From NCBI RefSeq assembly GCF_039023525.1, contig NZ_JBCHKV010000008.1:210510-242509 (forward strand): a DNA stretch of 32,000 bases, in the 5' to 3' direction. A program made the translations under genes and the position numbers. The notes beneath the pieces are model-generated. The model saw nothing but the letters and a program-made list of their open reading frames with translations. It made no database searches and was not told the origin of the DNA. Origin of the DNA: Mycobacterium sp. 050272. GTDB taxonomy: Bacteria; Actinomycetota; Actinomycetes; Mycobacteriales; Mycobacteriaceae. Below, in pieces: positions 28,194-32,000 of this stretch. Every line of letters starts with the position of its first letter. Position 1 is the first letter of the stretch.

Positions 28194-28217
28194 GATTACG
28201 ACCGTACGCTCGGGCGG

Positions 28218-28718
28218 GTGGACTTAGCCGCACTCGAGAAACTTCCGCTGACATACTCCGAGGTCGGTGCCACCGCGGCCGGTGACCAGCCCGCCGGGTA
28301 CCACTATCAACACGTCGAGCGCCAGATCGGCACGGGCCGGCCACGATTCGAGCAAGCCGCCGAGGCAGTGCTGCACTGGGGGATGCAGCGCGGGTCGGGG
28401 CTGCGGGTACGGGCGTCCTCCGAGGTCGTTGTGCAGGACGCGGTGGTGGTGGTGCGGCTGGGCTTTCTGCCCGCGCCGTGCCGCGTCGTCTATGTGGTCG
28501 ATGAGCCCGACATCCGCGGGTTCGGCTACGGCACCCTGCCCGGCCACCCGGAATGCGGCGAGGAACGCTTCGTCGTGCGCCGGGACCCCGCCACTGACGC
28601 GGTCTTCGCCGAGGTGTCGGCGTTCTCCCGGCCGGCGACATGGTGGAGCAAGGCGGGCGGACCGGTGGTGAAGATCGGCCAGCGGCTGATCGCGCAGCGC
28701 TACCTGCGTGCCGTCTGA
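28218..28718 (+). CDS. DUF1990-family protein
   Basis: ORF 27786..28718 trimmed to the GTG at 28218. 'LTYSEVGATAAG', 'HWGMQRGSGLRV' and 'GFGYGTLPGHPECGEERF' match my memory of the DUF1990 family. The upstream part of the ORF is antisense to the AKR gene. Confidence 0.75.
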   Translation: MDLAALEKLPLTYSEVGATAAGDQPAGYHYQHVERQIGTGRPRFEQAAEAVLHWGMQRGSGLRVRASSEVVVQDAVVVVRLGFLPAPCRVVYVVDEPDIRGFGYGTLPGHPECGEERFVVRRDPATDAVFAEVSAFSRPATWWSKAGGPVVKIGQRLIAQRYLRAV

Positions 28719-28721
28719 CCG

Positions 28722-29663
28722 CTACGCGCCCCAGCGGGCCAGCAGCCAGTGGGCGCCACTGCACATCCCGTCGATGACCGCGGCCACCGACGCGTCGTCG
28801 CGGATCATGCCGACGCCCTGACCGGCATCGACCGGGGCGATCCGGCGGTCGTCGGCGTCGATCGCGGCGGCCAGCTCGTCGCAGGCCGGCGCGTCGAGCG
28901 TGTCCTCTTTGCCCGCGTAGCGCGCGACGAACTCATTGCGCAACACGCGTGACGGGAACCGCGCCGGCCACGGCAGACCATTGGCGACGTCGAAGGCCCG
29001 GGTGACCGCGGTGTCGGTGGACCGGGCCGCGATCAGGGCCTCGCGGCAGCCGTCGCCGGTCAGCGCCTCCGGACAGGCCGCCAGGCGAGTGCCCACCCAG
29101 GCGCCGCTGGCCCCGGCGGCCAGCACCGCGGCCAGGCTGCGCGCCGAGGCGATACCGCCGCCCGCGAGCACCGGCACCGACACGGCGTCCAGCACGTCGT
29201 CCAGCAGCGGCAGCGTGCCGAGCTTCGTATCGCCGTGCCCGCCACCCTCGCAACCGCGCGCGACCAGAATGTCGACGCCCGCGTCGACTGCCTGACGCGC
29301 TCCCAGAGCGTCGTAAACCTGTGTGGCAGTGGGGATTCCGGCGGCGTGTGCCTTATCGACCCACGACCAGTCGGTACCGAAACTGACCGACAGCAGTGCG
29401 GGCCGCGCGGCCAGGGCATCGTCGAGCAGCCCGGCCTCGGTGCGCATCACCCAGTCGACCAGCCCGATTCCGAATCTGCCGTCGGCGTGGCGCAGTTGGG
29501 CGGCCAGCAGCTCCCTGGTCGCGACACTGCCCATGCCGATCATGCCCAGACCGCCGGCGGCGCTGACCGCGGCGGCCAGCCGGCCGCCCGCGACGCCGCC
29601 CATCGGAGCGTTGACGATGGGCACCCGCAGGCCCAGCTCGGATGACCAGGGCGTGGATAGCAT
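28722..29663 (-). CDS. nitronate monooxygenase (2-nitropropane dioxygenase-like, FMN TIM barrel)
   Basis: 313 aa with 'PIVNAPMGGVAGGRLAAAVSAAGGLGMIG', 'ILVARGCEGGGHG' and 'VLAGGGIASARSLAAVLAAGASGAWVGT'. Confidence 0.88.
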   Translation of the reverse strand: MLSTPWSSELGLRVPIVNAPMGGVAGGRLAAAVSAAGGLGMIGMGSVATRELLAAQLRHADGRFGIGLVDWVMRTEAGLLDDALAARPALLSVSFGTDWSWVDKAHAAGIPTATQVYDALGARQAVDAGVDILVARGCEGGGHGDTKLGTLPLLDDVLDAVSVPVLAGGGIASARSLAAVLAAGASGAWVGTRLAACPEALTGDGCREALIAARSTDTAVTRAFDVANGLPWPARFPSRVLRNEFVARYAGKEDTLDAPACDELAAAIDADDRRIAPVDAGQGVGMIRDDASVAAVIDGMCSGAHWLLARWGA

Positions 29664-29668
29664 CGCTA

Positions 29669-30016
29669 CTAGTGCGATTGGCCGGGGATGCTCTTCAGCA
29701 CGGTCAGCATGATCACCGAATCCTCGACCGCGTGCAAGGCATGGCGCTGCGGCGGGATCGCGACATGGTCGCCGGTCTTACCGTCCCAGGAATCGCTGCC
29801 GGTCGTCAGGCGCACGTGACCCTGCAGCACCTGCAGCGTCGCCTCGCCGGGACTGTCGTGTTCGGACAGGTCGTGGTCGGCGAGCAGGGCCAGCACGGTC
29901 TGCCGGAGTTCGTGGTCGTGGCCGCCGTGGATGGTGTGTGCGGCTCGGCCGCTGTGCGACTGCCGGGCTTCGGCCAGCTTTTCGGTGGCCAGGCTGGTCA
30001 GCGAGATTGATTCCAT
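29669..30016 (-). CDS. cupin-domain protein
   Basis: 115 aa. 'EHDSPGEATLQVLQGHVRLT....GDHVAIPPQRHALHAVEDSV' fits the two-motif cupin pattern. It ends 5 nt upstream of the NMO gene. Confidence 0.7.
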   Translation of the reverse strand: MESISLTSLATEKLAEARQSHSGRAAHTIHGGHDHELRQTVLALLADHDLSEHDSPGEATLQVLQGHVRLTTGSDSWDGKTGDHVAIPPQRHALHAVEDSVIMLTVLKSIPGQSH

Positions 30017-30064
30017 TCCTACGTCCCCTCGAGCGGCGGTGGGCTGACGATCGGCCCTCGGCTA

Positions 30065-30490
30065 TCACGCGGTCAATAGCAGTATCCCCGCCACGATCAA
30101 CGCCACGGTTTTGACCACCTCCAAGGCGATATAGGCGTAGTGGGCGCGGGAGCGGGGTGCGTCCAGCCCGGCCAGCACCTGGTCGGAGCGGCGGGTCAAT
30201 TGGGGCCGCACCACGACCAACTGGATCGCCAGCGTCGCGAACGCGACAGCGAACGCGACGCCGATCCGCATTGGCATCGGACCGTCCACCACGACCGCCA
30301 GGATGATGATCGCGAACGCGACCTCGACGGTGTTGAGCGCGCGGAAGACCAGGCGCCCGATGCCGAGCCCGATCTGCAACGTGACGTTGGGCGCCCGAAA
30401 CTTCAGCGGCGCTTCCAGGAACGAGATGGCCAGCACCATGCCCAGCCAGACGAAGGTGACCGCGACGGCGACCGCCATTTCGGTGTTCAC
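30065..30490 (-). CDS. small polytopic membrane protein (about 4 TM), family not recognised with confidence
   Basis: ORF 30065..30844 trimmed to the GTG at 30490, which lies 7 nt after GGGAGG. The ATG at 30478 is an alternative start. Hydrophobic helices include 'AVAVAVTFVWLGMVLAISFL', 'LGIGRLVFRALNTVEVAFAIIILAVVV', 'IGVAFAVAFATLAIQLVVV' and 'AYIALEVVKTVALIVAGILLL'. Confidence 0.7.
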   Translation of the reverse strand: MNTEMAVAVAVTFVWLGMVLAISFLEAPLKFRAPNVTLQIGLGIGRLVFRALNTVEVAFAIIILAVVVDGPMPMRIGVAFAVAFATLAIQLVVVRPQLTRRSDQVLAGLDAPRSRAHYAYIALEVVKTVALIVAGILLLTA

Positions 30491-30642
30491 TCTCAGGCCT
30501 CCCGCAACTCGAAGTGTGCGACACACAGATCGCGCTTCCACACAATCGACGGCGACCGGCGCCCCCCAGGTTTCCAGCGTTGCCTGCATGAGCCCGAGGC
30601 GGACCGACTGACCGCCGTCGCGATCATCGCGCGCAACCCGGA

Positions 30643-31302
30643 TCAGCGGGCGTGGCTGTGCGAGATGCCCGACGCCGTCTCCACGCGGTGTTTGATGCCG
30701 AGCAGCAAACCCCGCGTGCCGAAGGCCACCACCGGCCTGGCCAGTTCCATGGCGAACACCGCGCCCGGTCGACGCAGCGCGATCCTGACGCGGGAAAGGA
30801 GCCGCACCCGGTCCTCCCAGTGCGGCTGAACGTGGAACGACCACACCACATCCGAGACCGGATTCGATGTCGTGGCATGGAGCACCAGGTACTTCTCCGG
30901 CACGATCTCAGTGACGCTGAACGTCACCCCATCGGGCTGACCCAGCCAGCCCTGGGGAGCCAGGCGAACGGTGTCTGCCACCGCAAGTTGTTGCCATTCC
31001 GGGTGTACTCGATCGGTGTGGTGGTAGCCCAGACCGATCGCGTTCATCACGCCCTCGCAGCCATAGAAGCCGGCGCGGTCCTGGCCCATCTGCAGCAGCC
31101 ATGGCCAGACCGCTGCCGTGGGAGCGTCGATGTAGATCGCTTCGGTTGACTGGATGGCGGGATCGGCGACCAATCTGTCGCCGGGCAGCTGCATCCGGCA
31201 TTCCGATTTGGTTGTGCCCCAATTGCGGTAATAACGTCGGGCGCCGTACAGCAACGCCAACAGCGCCGCTGTCCTGGTGATCGGTCCGATCAGATGCGTC
31301 AT
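30643..31302 (-). CDS. SRPBCC (START/polyketide-cyclase-like) family protein with N-terminal hydrophobic segment
   Basis: 219 aa. 'IDAPTAAVWPWLLQMGQDRAGFY' is typical of an SRPBCC N-terminal beta-strand/helix, followed by 'WSFHVQPHWEDRVRLLSRVR'. Confidence 0.65.
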   Translation of the reverse strand: MTHLIGPITRTAALLALLYGARRYYRNWGTTKSECRMQLPGDRLVADPAIQSTEAIYIDAPTAAVWPWLLQMGQDRAGFYGCEGVMNAIGLGYHHTDRVHPEWQQLAVADTVRLAPQGWLGQPDGVTFSVTEIVPEKYLVLHATTSNPVSDVVWSFHVQPHWEDRVRLLSRVRIALRRPGAVFAMELARPVVAFGTRGLLLGIKHRVETASGISHSHAR

Positions 31303-31403
31303 GCCGTGCCCACCGAATCTTGCCGCGAATGGTTCGCCTTACTGGTCGATCTGACCACGTGTGATTGCGCGCCGGTAGGGACCGAAGTCCCCTTTGCCCG
31401 GCA

Positions 31404-32000
31404 TCAGCGCACGCCCAGCGCGGATTCGAGTTCGGCAAGGCATTGCTCCGTCAGCGGTATCAGCGTGTCGATATCCGACACGACGTCGCGACCAGCCGCG
31501 TAGCCGAATCCGATGCGGTCGGAGTACGAACAGGTCGTGACGTTGAGCGCCATCCCGTCGTACACCGTCGACACCGGAAAGATCTCCTCGATATGCGCGC
31601 CGTTCCAATACATTTCAGCCTGAGGACCCGGCACGTGTGATATCGGGATGTTGAATCCCGTCCGTATCTTCGGCGTGAACGGCAGCAGCGGAGAAATGAC
31701 GGTGGCCGCGATACTCGCCGCATTCGTCAGTAGTGATGCCGCCGATCCCCGTTTCCCGACCCACCGTTTACCCTCCGCCATCGACCGGTGAATCAGTCGC
31801 AATCGTGCGATCGGGTCATCCAGATTTGTTCCCAACGGGCACAGCCAAAGACCGAACATGTTGCCATGCTGGTCCTTTGACGGGTCAACGTTGCGATCGC
31901 GCACCGTGATCGGGCAGACCCCGACCAATGACTGTTCGGGTATTTCACCGCGACTACCCAACCAGAGCCGCACAGCTCCGGCCACCATGGCGGTCACCAC
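31404..32000 (-). CDS. wax ester synthase/diacylglycerol acyltransferase (WS/DGAT), C-terminal part only (5' end lies beyond the window)
   Basis: 'NIPISHVPGPQAEMYWNGAHIEEIFPVSTVYDGMALNVTTCSYSDRIGFGYAAGRD' is the conserved WS/DGAT C-terminal (DUF1298) block. The ORF runs open to position 32000. Confidence 0.85.
   Translation of the reverse strand: MVTAMVAGAVRLWLGSRGEIPEQSLVGVCPITVRDRNVDPSKDQHGNMFGLWLCPLGTNLDDPIARLRLIHRSMAEGKRWVGKRGSAASLLTNAASIAATVISPLLPFTPKIRTGFNIPISHVPGPQAEMYWNGAHIEEIFPVSTVYDGMALNVTTCSYSDRIGFGYAAGRDVVSDIDTLIPLTEQCLAELESALGVR

Noticed and set aside
30491-30642. Short palindromes GTGTG-CGA-CACAC and GCGATCATCGC in the 152-bp gap between the SRPBCC gene and the 4-TM gene
   Set aside because: The arms are only 5 bp, which is expected by chance in GC-rich DNA, and there is no U-tract or other supporting context.
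1-32000. Scan for tRNA/rRNA genes, CRISPR repeats, IS-element inverted repeats, transposase or integrase genes and tandem repeats (MIRU-like)
   Set aside because: None was found by eye. All gaps of about 100 nt or more were read (3065-3293, 7539-7653, 10315-10474, 14861-15199, 17578-17788, 26550-26669, 30491-30642, 31303-31403). None has tRNA-like T-arm motifs or repeated units. This was a visual scan, so short or degenerate repeats could have been missed.

Overview
High-GC (about 68-70%) actinobacterial chromosome. The gene order matches the Mycobacterium tuberculosis Rv2590-Rv2614c region (fadD9/CAR, ruvCAB, Rv2597-Rv2601 speE cassette, Rv2603c, pdxT-tesB2-pdxS, PPE, Rv2609c-pimA-patA-pgsA1-HIT-thrS). 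The PE/PPE genes point to a slow-growing mycobacterium. It is not M. tuberculosis itself, because the junctions differ from the H37Rv layout as I remember it. I call 34 protein-coding genes, one of them truncated at the window end, plus one clear intrinsic terminator and one LexA/SOS box. The window is densely packed core genome with many 1-8 nt start/stop overlaps. I saw no rRNA, tRNA, CRISPR array, IS element or prophage. High GC produces many very long 'shadow' ORFs (up to 764 aa) in wrong frames or antisense, and I reject these. The best candidate for an under-described system is the translationally coupled five-gene membrane cassette at 10475-14104, which ends in a membrane-anchored spermidine-synthase-like enzyme. 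Secondary points of interest are the carboxylic acid reductase next to two GT4 glycosyltransferases and a hydrolase, a reversed-order PPE-SVP / PE-hydrolase pair, a LemA-like/NUDIX fusion coupled to the PIM operon, a 340-bp non-coding island between yebC and pdxT, and several convergent gene pairs with 0-3 nt spacing or overlap. All family names come from motif recognition by eye and from memory, and no database search was run.
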